A stretch of 53,083 bases of DNA from a virus, in the IMG/VR virus record IMGVR_UViG_3300029258_001854. One strand, written 5' to 3'. This document shows positions 31,814 through 40,661 of this stretch, one piece after another. Position numbers and translations under genes: made by a program. Numbering within the stretch: position 1 is the stretch's first letter; the number at the start of each line of letters is the position of its first letter. A model generated the notes under the pieces. That model was not told the origin of the DNA and ran no database searches. It worked only from the letters and a program-made list of their open reading frames with translations.

Positions 31814-32145
31814 TGCCTCAGCATGAAGTAGTTTGGGTTCAGGAAGAATCTGAAAATGTCGAATCATGGGAGTTCCAATATTCTCCAAATACTGTAATAT
31901 GGAGGTGGGTTGCAAATGTTGAGCCTGTCGATGGATGTGAAAATTGCTATAAAGCAATAATAGAAATTCCTGATCAAACTGCTATGGTTAGAGCAAGGTC
32001 TATTGACTCTAACAATATTGTATCTGAATGGTCGAATGCAATTTATTTGAATGAGCCTGAATTTGGAATCATTCCAGCATTATTGTTGCTGATATTATTG
32101 AAGAGAAAGTATTATGGCAAAAATAGCCAGAGACTATCAAGATGA
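31813..32145 (+). CDS. FN3-like domain protein with a C-terminal EPE + TM + KRK anchor
   Basis: MVRARSIDSNNIVSEWSNAIYL (FN3-like G strand), followed by NEPEFGIIPALLLLILLKRKYY. Confidence 0.5.
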   Translation: MPQHEVVWVQEESENVESWEFQYSPNTVIWRWVANVEPVDGCENCYKAIIEIPDQTAMVRARSIDSNNIVSEWSNAIYLNEPEFGIIPALLLLILLKRKYYGKNSQRLSR

Positions 32146-33703
32146 AGCTGCCAAGGCATTATTCTTTGCAATAAATAAGCCTGACTGTCATCCTATTGCT
32201 GCTATTCCTACTGGTGCTGGTAAAACAGTAGTTATGACTGAGTTCATCGAGCACTGTTTGGGCCAAGACTTTTCAAGAAAAATTCTTGTCTTGTCTCATG
32301 TCAAGGAAATCTTAGAGCAAAATTATGACACACTCGAAGAAGAGTATGGAGAGCTTCTTGTTGGACTTTATTCCGCAGGACTTGATCGAAGAGAGATCAA
32401 AAAGATCACTGTCGCTGGAATCCAGTCTGTATATCGTAAGCCAGAGAATTTCCAAGAATTTGGAATTGTCATCATCGACGAATGTCATTTGGTTAACACC
32501 CGCCAAACCGGGATGTACAGAAAGTTCTTATCTGAAATCAATGCATCATACGTTGGACTCACAGCTACGCACTTTAGGACTGGGCACGGATATATCCATG
32601 AAGGTGAGAACTCGCTCTTCAATCGCCTTGTATACAATAAGTGCAATATTGAAGGATTCAACGATCTAATTGATAGAGGCTATCTTAGCAAGTTAGTTGC
32701 CAAGGGAACTGAAATGAAACTTGATCCTACTGGAGTCAAGATTTCTGCTGGTGACTACTTAAACAAGGATTTGTCTAAGAAATTAGATAGAGATGAGATT
32801 ACAAAGAAAGCAGTTGCTGAAATTGTAAGATTTGGAAAGCCATATAAAAAGTGGTTGGTATTTGCAATTGATATTGCACATGCTGAGAATGTAACAAAAG
32901 CATTAAGAGGAAGAGGCATTAAAGCAAGCTGTGTGCACTCAAAGATGGTTAGTGACCGATCTGATGTTATTGCTGCTTTTAAGCGTGGTGATATAAAGTG
33001 CATTGTAAATGTAGACATTTTGACTACTGGCTTTGATGCTCCTGATATTGATCTTATTGCTATGCTTAGACCAACACAGTCCCCAATTCTGCATGTTCAA
33101 TCTATTGGAAGAGGCATGCGAGTTGCTAAGGATAAAGATCACTGCCTTGTGCTTGATTTTGCAGGAAATGTTGCACGTCTTGGCCCTATTAATGATGTGA
33201 CTGTTAATCAAGTCAAATCAGGCAAAAGTGATGGCAAGCCTAGAATGAAAGAGTGCCCTGATTGCCAAGGGTATGTTCATACTGCTGCCAAAGAATGTGA
33301 ATGGTGTGGCTATAAATTCCCTGTAAAAGAGAAAATTCAAGTTAATGCATATGAAGGTGAAATTGTAAGAACTGACAAGAAGCTTGAGATAAGAAAAGAG
33401 TGGCAATCAGTTCTTGGTATGAAATACTACCCACACAATAAACCCAAAAAGCCGCCTATGGTCAAGGCTGTTTATTTCATAGGCAACCAAACAATTACTG
33501 AATACATTTGCTTAGATCATAACAACTATGCAGGTCATAAAGCAAGGAATTGGGTTAGGTTCCGATTTGATGGCCCTGAATCTGATATGCCTATGACTTC
33601 CAAGGATTTGCTCAAAGCTGTTAGGAAGCGCCAGATCAAGGACCCAAAGAAAATCTTGATCAGCTATGGTAAATGGCCAACAATCCACGATGTAGAATTC
33701 TAG
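32114..33703 (+). CDS. SF2 (DEAD/DEAH-like) helicase with C-terminal zinc ribbon
   Basis: PTGAGKT, IIDECH, TATHFR, QSIGRGMR, CPDCQG...CEWCG. Confidence 0.85.
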   Translation: MAKIARDYQDEAAKALFFAINKPDCHPIAAIPTGAGKTVVMTEFIEHCLGQDFSRKILVLSHVKEILEQNYDTLEEEYGELLVGLYSAGLDRREIKKITVAGIQSVYRKPENFQEFGIVIIDECHLVNTRQTGMYRKFLSEINASYVGLTATHFRTGHGYIHEGENSLFNRLVYNKCNIEGFNDLIDRGYLSKLVAKGTEMKLDPTGVKISAGDYLNKDLSKKLDRDEITKKAVAEIVRFGKPYKKWLVFAIDIAHAENVTKALRGRGIKASCVHSKMVSDRSDVIAAFKRGDIKCIVNVDILTTGFDAPDIDLIAMLRPTQSPILHVQSIGRGMRVAKDKDHCLVLDFAGNVARLGPINDVTVNQVKSGKSDGKPRMKECPDCQGYVHTAAKECEWCGYKFPVKEKIQVNAYEGEIVRTDKKLEIRKEWQSVLGMKYYPHNKPKKPPMVKAVYFIGNQTITEYICLDHNNYAGHKARNWVRFRFDGPESDMPMTSKDLLKAVRKRQIKDPKKILISYGKWPTIHDVEF

Positions 33704-33756
33704 TCCCCGAGGGGTATCAGGCTTTGTATACGCCCCTCTAAGGGGCGAACGTCCGA

Positions 33757-33806
33757 CCCTAGCCTACCCTACCCCTAACGGAATAAAGTCGCATAGAGGC
33801 GATTCT
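33757..33806 (+). repeat. Repeat family copy 1 (CCCTAGCCTA...AAAGTCGCWTAGAGG), similar to 41881-41930
   Basis: CCCTAGCCTACCCTACCCCTAACGGAATAAAGTCGCATAGAGGCGATTCT. A third partial copy, CCCTAGCCTAGTCTAGCGG, lies at 33840-33858. Confidence 0.6.
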
Positions 33807-33902
33807 AGGGGTGTTAGCTGACACTTTTCGAGCATAGTTCCCTAGCCTAGTCTAGCGGCCAGGGGCGTAGGTATTTCACTACTTTCGCCAATCTATGTGA
33901 TG

Positions 33903-33911
33903 CGCTATAAT
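33903..33911 (+). promoter_or_regulatory. CGCTATAAT promoter (-10), copy 4
   Basis: GATGCGCTATAATAGG lies 24 nt upstream of the GTG at 33935. Confidence 0.6.
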
Positions 33912-33934
33912 AGGTTCTTAACCAAGGAGTTTTT

Positions 33935-34378
33935 GTGCCCAAACTGATCGTTTTGCTCAATGAAGGTCTTTACAAGACTGTAGAATGTGAACCTGAATTT
34001 GAACTAAATTTCTTAAATGGAATAATTGGAGGCTGGCCTGAGTGTGCACTTCAGGTTCCAAGCCCTAGCTATCTTTTTGAAAGTGTAAATGGAACAGACT
34101 GGTCACTTGATCTGTGGTGTGATGAGGAGGGCCATCTCAAGCGCCTGCCTTTCACAGTTAATAGACCAACTGACTTGCACCCTCTTGTTGGTCCAATTGT
34201 CATTTGCAACAGAAGAGAGTTTTGGTGTGATGATGGCAGGGACTTTAGACTCAGACCATTTGATGATAATACTACAAAACAGATCCGGGATGTTCTTCGT
34301 GAAAGAAACTGGGCTGAAGAAGTTTTCAATGCTGGTGATGTAGGATCACCTGAAACAGATGGCGGAGAAGCAGCATAA
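33935..34378 (+). CDS. DUF3846-like protein (tentative)
   Basis: GTG start after AAGGAG. LWCDEEGHLKRLPFTVNR...GPIVIC resembles the DUF3846 consensus as I recall it. Confidence 0.5.
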   Translation: MPKLIVLLNEGLYKTVECEPEFELNFLNGIIGGWPECALQVPSPSYLFESVNGTDWSLDLWCDEEGHLKRLPFTVNRPTDLHPLVGPIVICNRREFWCDDGRDFRLRPFDDNTTKQIRDVLRERNWAEEVFNAGDVGSPETDGGEAA

Positions 34379-35328
34379 TGTATATAATTGGTGCAGGTAT
34401 GGCTGGGTGTTTAGCAGCTATACATTTTCCCAATTCAGTCATACTAGAAGGCAATCCTGAACCAACTAGGAATCATTTTGCACTTCTAAGAATGAGAACA
34501 AATAGAATTGAGGAGATGACTGGAATAAAATTCAAAAGAATTATAGTTGATAAATTCATATGGGATGAGCAGACGTATGACTGTACACAGTCTGTTCTTC
34601 CTAGACACATAATCAATTATTCAAGAAAGGTCTCTGGTGTAGCATCCAGCAGATCCATAGTGAACTTAGAACCAGAATTGAGATTTATACCTCCTGATGA
34701 TTTTCATAGCATCATGCTAAATAATCTTGAAGGTAGAATTAAATATGATCAAAAAGTAACAAGTATAACCCCAAATTATATTGAGTGTGATGGTGGTGCA
34801 TATGAGACTGGGTTTGAGCCTACTATAAGCACACTTCCCATATCTGTGAATATGAAGGCCACAGGTATTGATGTTGATTATCAGCCTAACATTCCTGAGT
34901 CTAAGACCATATATGTTCGCAGGATTAAGCTGAAAAAATTCAATATGTTTACCACTATATACTTTCCAGATCCAATTGTGAATGTATATAGGGCAAGCAT
35001 TTCTGGCGATATACTTACAATTGAAAGTATTGATGAGCCTTGCTCTGATGTATCTATGAAAGTTGCTTTCCAAGCTTTTGGTCTTGATGTTGAAGCAAGT
35101 GGTGATTATACAATACTAGATAAAAGCATAAAGCAGATTAATGGAAAGATAATTTCATTAGATGATAATGCTAGGAAATTAGCACTGTTTGAAATGACCA
35201 AGAAATGCAATTTGTATTCCCTTGGTAGATTTGCCTGTTGGCGTCAGATACTTCTTGATGATGTTGTAAATGACATAAAGCAGATTCACAAAATGATAAC
35301 AACTCACCCGTATGATAGGATCTTGTAA
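34378..35328 (+). CDS. FAD/NAD(P)-binding oxidoreductase-like protein
   Basis: N-terminal Rossmann dinucleotide motif MYIIGAGMAGCLAA. TAATG junction with the upstream gene and TAATG with thyX. Confidence 0.65.
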   Translation: MYIIGAGMAGCLAAIHFPNSVILEGNPEPTRNHFALLRMRTNRIEEMTGIKFKRIIVDKFIWDEQTYDCTQSVLPRHIINYSRKVSGVASSRSIVNLEPELRFIPPDDFHSIMLNNLEGRIKYDQKVTSITPNYIECDGGAYETGFEPTISTLPISVNMKATGIDVDYQPNIPESKTIYVRRIKLKKFNMFTTIYFPDPIVNVYRASISGDILTIESIDEPCSDVSMKVAFQAFGLDVEASGDYTILDKSIKQINGKIISLDDNARKLALFEMTKKCNLYSLGRFACWRQILLDDVVNDIKQIHKMITTHPYDRIL

Positions 35329-36104
35329 TGGAAGTCAATCTAATCAACTATACTCCTGATGCTCTCGCACTTTTGATTTACACAAAGAACACTAGGCTTC
35401 AAGGCAAGATGTCTTTGCTGGAAATTAAAGAGGCATCTCCTGAGTGGCAAATGGAACAACTCTCTTATATGAGGGACACAATCAAATCAAGCTGGGAGTT
35501 TGTTGATTATGTTTTTGAGATTAACAATGTAAGTAGAGCATTTACACACCAGCTAGTTAGGACTCGACAAGGCTCATATGCACAAGAGTCACATCGCTCT
35601 GGTGATCTTAGTGATCATCTTTGGGTATCACCCTCAGTAGACAAATATGGTGGTGATGTTATTGCAGAATTTGATACTGCTATGGAAGTATCATTCAGAG
35701 CTTATGAGCAGCTTATTTCAGAGGGAATGGAAAGACAAGATGCTCGTGGCTTGATTCCTACAAATGTTGAGACTCACATCATTGCCAAGTTTAATTTGCG
35801 TACACTTCACCAGATGGCAGAAGTTAGGCTGTGCACAAGAACACAGGGTGAATACCAAGATGTATTCAGAGCGATGAAAGCTGCTATTATTGAAGTACAT
35901 CCTTGGGCTGATGACTTTATCAATGTGTTCTGTGCTAATCATGGCACGTGCTGCTTCCCCAGATACACTGAGTGTCCAATCCAAAAGTACACACTCAATA
36001 GCGATCAGGAAAGATTGAATACTGTCAAGAGAAATGTCCGTGATGAACATGAGCGCAATAGACATGCTGCCAATCCTGAGGCTCGTGGCGGGGAAACTAT
36101 GTGA
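35328..36104 (+). CDS. thyX: Flavin-dependent thymidylate synthase ThyX-like (variant RTR motif)
   Basis: The ThyX signature R-H-R-X2-S-X4-S-X-R is present as VRTRQGSYAQESHRS, with T in place of H. Confidence 0.75.
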   Translation: MEVNLINYTPDALALLIYTKNTRLQGKMSLLEIKEASPEWQMEQLSYMRDTIKSSWEFVDYVFEINNVSRAFTHQLVRTRQGSYAQESHRSGDLSDHLWVSPSVDKYGGDVIAEFDTAMEVSFRAYEQLISEGMERQDARGLIPTNVETHIIAKFNLRTLHQMAEVRLCTRTQGEYQDVFRAMKAAIIEVHPWADDFINVFCANHGTCCFPRYTECPIQKYTLNSDQERLNTVKRNVRDEHERNRHAANPEARGGETM

Positions 36105-36544
36105 TGGATAAGGCTTGGATTGTAGATCTGGATGGCACCCTTACTGATTGTGACTGGCGAGACCAAGTAAAGAAGAAAGCTGAAAAATCTGGAGTTTATG
36201 ATCTTTATGATCACTTAGGCCACTTTGATCCTCCTCGTCAAAATGTTATTGATTTAGTCAAGAGAGCTAGATCTGGTAATCGTAAGATCATGATTGTGAC
36301 TAGTCGCTCTGATGCTAGGCGAGATATTGCTATTGCTTTGCTTTCTCGTTTAGAAGTCAAGTTTGATGGTCTATTCATGAGGAAGGAAGGTGACTTGACC
36401 CCTACTGCTGAATACAAATTAGCAGAAGTTACAAATCTTACTTTTAATTATGAGATTGAAATGGTCATTGATGATCACCCTGAAGTTTGTAATATAATGA
36501 ATCAGTATGGCTACAATGTATGCAAAGCAGGGAGAGACATTTGA
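36101..36544 (+). CDS. HAD-superfamily phosphatase (polynucleotide 3'-phosphatase / nucleotidase-like)
   Basis: DxDxT motif WIVDLDGTLTD, a later TSRS, and VIDD. Confidence 0.7.
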   Translation: MMDKAWIVDLDGTLTDCDWRDQVKKKAEKSGVYDLYDHLGHFDPPRQNVIDLVKRARSGNRKIMIVTSRSDARRDIAIALLSRLEVKFDGLFMRKEGDLTPTAEYKLAEVTNLTFNYEIEMVIDDHPEVCNIMNQYGYNVCKAGRDI

Positions 36545-36867
36545 GGCCGGATGAATCGCTATTTGTACTGTCGGAACTCTATAGGCAAAGAAATGAAGAG
36601 TATGGGGACAATTACAAGAACTTCGGTGCTATCATAGAGGTTATGTTCCCTAATGGTATTCACCTTTCTTGTGCTAGTGATTTTAACCGGATTGCTGTTT
36701 TATTCCATATACTTGACAAAATCACTCGTTACATAGCAAACTTCGATAATGGTGGTCATCAGGACTCTCTTGATGATGTATCTGTGTACGCACAAATGCT
36801 AAAGGAACTTGATCTTGATAGAGCAGCTGTTCAGACTAGGGATGAAAAGAGAACTTCCTCAATTTAA
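36520..36867 (+). CDS. DUF1599-like helical protein (start uncertain; TTG at 36541 possible)
   Basis: RNEEYGDNY...RIAVLFHILDKITRY...DSLDDVSVYAQM resembles the DUF1599 consensus as I recall it. Confidence 0.55.
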   Translation: MQSRERHLRPDESLFVLSELYRQRNEEYGDNYKNFGAIIEVMFPNGIHLSCASDFNRIAVLFHILDKITRYIANFDNGGHQDSLDDVSVYAQMLKELDLDRAAVQTRDEKRTSSI

Positions 36868-37303
36868 GCAATGGCATAATGATGGCATCGTTCTAAATAT
36901 TGGAAGTGGTAATGATGTAATAAAAGGATCTGTAAATCTGGATCTTCCAGAATACAATGCTGATGTTGATCCAATTCCATTTGATGATGGTAGTGTAAGC
37001 ACAATTCATGCATACCATGTGATTGAGCATTTGGCCAATCCTATCTTTTTCATCAAAGAATGCCAACGTGTCTTAACAGTTGGTGGTCTAATTAATATTT
37101 GCGTTCCACATTACAAGTCTGAAATTGCTTGGCACGATTTGACTCATAGGAGAGCAGTTGCACTTGATACTTTTGAAACTTTGCTAAAAACTGAATATTA
37201 CAATACAGGGAATTGGGAACTTGAGCTTATTGGTTCTGTAGCAATAGGCATCGTTGATAGAAACTTAGCAATCCTCACACAACTGGAAAAGATAGAACTG
37301 TGA
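36809..37303 (+). CDS. Class I SAM-dependent methyltransferase (start uncertain; ATG at 36842 possible)
   Basis: Motif I VLNIGSGND, a post-I acidic residue, and YHVIEHL...VLTVGGLINICVP. Confidence 0.7.
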   Translation: MILIEQLFRLGMKRELPQFKQWHNDGIVLNIGSGNDVIKGSVNLDLPEYNADVDPIPFDDGSVSTIHAYHVIEHLANPIFFIKECQRVLTVGGLINICVPHYKSEIAWHDLTHRRAVALDTFETLLKTEYYNTGNWELELIGSVAIGIVDRNLAILTQLEKIEL

Positions 37304-37857
37304 TATATGTATTCTTTGATACAGAGACAACAGGCCTTTTAAAGCCTGAAGAAGTTAACCTCAATTTACAGCCTGAAATTATTGAGTTGTATATGGTTAA
37401 ACTCTCTCTTGATGAGAATAATGAATTCAATTTTGTAGATGAATTTAATAGCTTTATGCGTCCAAAGAGTATGCCTTTAGATCCAGTTATAACTAAGATC
37501 ACAAACATAACAAATGAAATGATTGCTGATGCCCCAACATTTATCAGCTTGTATCCCAAGATGGCTGAATTTATGACTGGAGTTGATGTCTTGGTAGGAC
37601 ACAACACTTCATTCGATGTTGGAATGGTATGGACTGAATTGGCAAGAATTGAGTGTGAGACTAAATTCCCTTGGCCAAGAATTCAGAAGTGCACAGTAGA
37701 GTTGAGTCTCCCAATTGAGCACCATAGATTAAAGCTAAGTGATCTTCACACAAAGGCTACAGGCCATCCGCATGATGGTGCTCATCGTGCTAAGGAAGAT
37801 ACCATGGCTTTAGTCACATGCTATAAATGGCTTATGGAAGAGGGATATGCTCTGTGA
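37300..37857 (+). CDS. DnaQ-like 3'-5' exonuclease (DEDDh)
   Basis: Exo I FFDTETTGL, Exo II GHNTSFDVGM, Exo III HRAKEDTMA. GTGA overlap upstream. Confidence 0.85.
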   Translation: MIYVFFDTETTGLLKPEEVNLNLQPEIIELYMVKLSLDENNEFNFVDEFNSFMRPKSMPLDPVITKITNITNEMIADAPTFISLYPKMAEFMTGVDVLVGHNTSFDVGMVWTELARIECETKFPWPRIQKCTVELSLPIEHHRLKLSDLHTKATGHPHDGAHRAKEDTMALVTCYKWLMEEGYAL

Positions 37858-40661
37858 TAAATTTAGCATTAAGAACTGAATATTCATTCGATACATTTGC
37901 ACACATTAAGGATATTGTAAATACCGGTGGGTCTGCTATTGGTATTGCAGATCAGAATTCCACCTTTGGTCATTATCAGCATTACAAATTATGCAAAGAG
38001 AAGGGCATCAAACCTATTCTTGGTGTAAGGCTTATGGTTACAAAGCCAAGAGAATGGGTAGAAACTGAAGGCAAAAGAGTAAAGATGTGGGGGCCTGTTT
38101 ACATCTTTATTGCCAAAAATAGAGATGGCCTAATAGAAACATACAAACTTGTAAAGAAAGCATATTCAAATTTTTATTATCATCCATTTATTGAAATTAC
38201 TGATGTAAGTGATTTATCTGATAATATAATTGTAATTGCTGAAGACATTCAATTTCCTGATAGAGTTGATTACATAGGCATTAGTCCTAAAACATCAGCA
38301 AAGGTCTTGCTCAATACTGATATACCAAAAGTAGCAATATCTTGTAATAAGTATATCCACCCAAATGATAGAAGAACATATCAGCTTTTGTCTGGCTCTC
38401 AAAGAAGTGGACAAACTTATCCTGAATATATTTTGTCAGAAGATGAGCATCTGGCAATCTGTGGTAGCAGGGAGGCCATAGAAAATACATACAAGATTGC
38501 TGACCAATGTGATGTTGAGTTTATCAAATCAGATATGGTCAAATATAAAGGCTTGGCTAATTTTGATCTGCTATGTAAGAACGGTGCAAAGAAGAAGGGA
38601 ATTGATTTAGAAGACCCTGTTTACAAAGAGAGATTTGAGAAAGAAGTCAGACTCATCAAAGAGAAGAATTATCTTGATTACTTTCTCATTGTTTCTGATA
38701 TGATCAAGTATGCAAAAGAGACAATGTTTGTTGGTCCAAGTAGAGGATCAAGTGCAGGATCTCTGATTTGCTATCTTCTTGATATTACAGAGATTGATCC
38801 GATCAAGTACGATCTCATCTTTGAAAGATTTATTGATATCAATCGTGCAGACTTGCCAGATATTGATATTGATTTCCCTGATGTTAGCAGAAACAAAGTA
38901 GTCAAATATCTTGCCAATAAATATGGACAAGATAGAGTTGCTCATATTGCTACAATATCAAGACTAAAGCCTAAGTCAGCAATAGGCATCTTCGGCAAAA
39001 ATCTTAGTATTCCTTTTGCTGATTGCGAGGATGTTAAGGGAGCAATTATTGAAAGAAGTGGTGGTGATGCTCGGGCTGCTATGTGCATCACAGATACCTT
39101 TGATACAACTGAAGTTGGTAAAGACTTTGTTGAGAGGTATCCAAGCATGCGCCTTGTTGAAAAGGTTGAGAATCACGCATCCCATACTGGTACACATGCT
39201 GCAGGCATCATTGTTTGTAATGATCCTCTCACAGATTACTGTGGAGTAAATACTCGTGAGAATGTAATCATGTTAGACAAGCACGAAGCAGAAGGATTGA
39301 ATCTGCTTAAGATTGATTGCCTTGGTCTTCGTACTTTGTCTATTCTACAGGAAGTAGCTGATCGTGCTGGTATGCACTATTCTGATTATTACAATCTTGA
39401 TCTTGAGGATGAGAATGTATACAAGACTCTAAATGATATGCGCTTATTTGGAGTATTTCAATTTGAAGGATATGCTCTACAAGCAGTTACCCGTGAAATG
39501 GGTTGTACAGAATTTAATGATATTGCTGCAATTACATCACTAGCTAGACCTGGGCCTTTACAGTCTGGTGGTGCTAATTTGTATATCAAAAGAAGGATTG
39601 GTGTCGAAGAGGTTGAATACCTTAGTGAGCATCCTAGTGTAATAAATACTACAAAAGACACTTATGGAATTATCATCTATCAAGAGCAGCTGATGAGAAT
39701 TGCCAGGGAATATGGAATGATGTCATGGGAAGATGTTAGTGATCTTCGTAAGGCAGCATCCAAGTCTCTTGGTGAAGAGTTCTTTAACAAGTATAAAGAC
39801 AAGTTTATGGAAGGCACTGCATCACAAGGAATAGACCCAAGAGAAGCAGAGCATGTATGGAGTAACATGATGACTTTTGGATCTTGGGGATTCAATAAAA
39901 GTCATGCTGTTAGCTATGCTTTGATTTCTTACTGGACTGCTTGGGCTAAGACATACTACCCATTAGAGTTCTGTGCTGCTAACATGAACAATGCTAGAAG
40001 TGAGCAATCTGCAATACGCATTCTTAGAGAAATGGTAAAGAATGAAGGTATTGATTATGTTGCAATAGATCCTGATGAATCTACAGAAAGATGGGAAATA
40101 CACGATGGTAAGCTGATAGGAGGCTTAACCAATATTAAGGGTATTGGCCCAAAGAAAGCAGTTGATATAATCAAAAGAAGAAAGAATGGGAACCTTACTC
40201 CCAAGATGGTTGATATGCTTCTCAACCCTCAAACTCCTTTCAATATATTATTTCCTGCTAAGCATTATTGGGGTGATATATATGAAAACCCAATGAAGTT
40301 TGGATTGAATGGGAAAATATCTGAAATCTGTGACATCAGGGATCAGGGTGAGTATCTATTTATAGGCAGGCTTGCAGATAGAAACTTGAGAGATCTGAAT
40401 GAATATCAGCTTGTAGTTAAGAGAGGTGGAGACATCATTGAAAATGATACTCTTTATCTTAACTTAACACTGGAGGATGATACAGAATCAATTAGTTGTA
40501 CAATTGGTCGTTTTGATTATGAAAGGCTAGGTAGAAATATAGCAGAAAATGGTAAAGTTGATCATGACTGGTATTTAGTATTCGGCATAATTGACAGCCA
40601 TTGGCGTAGAATCAAAATTAAGAATATAATTAACCTTTGGGAGTGGGCAAAGGATGATTGA
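37854..40661 (+). CDS. dnaE: DNA polymerase III alpha subunit (DnaE-type)
   Basis: PHP-like N-terminus, GPSRGSSAGS, DIDIDF, HAAGIIV, KIDCLGLRTL, FQFEG, RPGP, IIYQEQ, FNKSHAVSYA. The GTG at 37854 overlaps the exonuclease stop; the tracked start is 37827. Confidence 0.9.
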   Translation: MINLALRTEYSFDTFAHIKDIVNTGGSAIGIADQNSTFGHYQHYKLCKEKGIKPILGVRLMVTKPREWVETEGKRVKMWGPVYIFIAKNRDGLIETYKLVKKAYSNFYYHPFIEITDVSDLSDNIIVIAEDIQFPDRVDYIGISPKTSAKVLLNTDIPKVAISCNKYIHPNDRRTYQLLSGSQRSGQTYPEYILSEDEHLAICGSREAIENTYKIADQCDVEFIKSDMVKYKGLANFDLLCKNGAKKKGIDLEDPVYKERFEKEVRLIKEKNYLDYFLIVSDMIKYAKETMFVGPSRGSSAGSLICYLLDITEIDPIKYDLIFERFIDINRADLPDIDIDFPDVSRNKVVKYLANKYGQDRVAHIATISRLKPKSAIGIFGKNLSIPFADCEDVKGAIIERSGGDARAAMCITDTFDTTEVGKDFVERYPSMRLVEKVENHASHTGTHAAGIIVCNDPLTDYCGVNTRENVIMLDKHEAEGLNLLKIDCLGLRTLSILQEVADRAGMHYSDYYNLDLEDENVYKTLNDMRLFGVFQFEGYALQAVTREMGCTEFNDIAAITSLARPGPLQSGGANLYIKRRIGVEEVEYLSEHPSVINTTKDTYGIIIYQEQLMRIAREYGMMSWEDVSDLRKAASKSLGEEFFNKYKDKFMEGTASQGIDPREAEHVWSNMMTFGSWGFNKSHAVSYALISYWTAWAKTYYPLEFCAANMNNARSEQSAIRILREMVKNEGIDYVAIDPDESTERWEIHDGKLIGGLTNIKGIGPKKAVDIIKRRKNGNLTPKMVDMLLNPQTPFNILFPAKHYWGDIYENPMKFGLNGKISEICDIRDQGEYLFIGRLADRNLRDLNEYQLVVKRGGDIIENDTLYLNLTLEDDTESISCTIGRFDYERLGRNIAENGKVDHDWYLVFGIIDSHWRRIKIKNIINLWEWAKDD

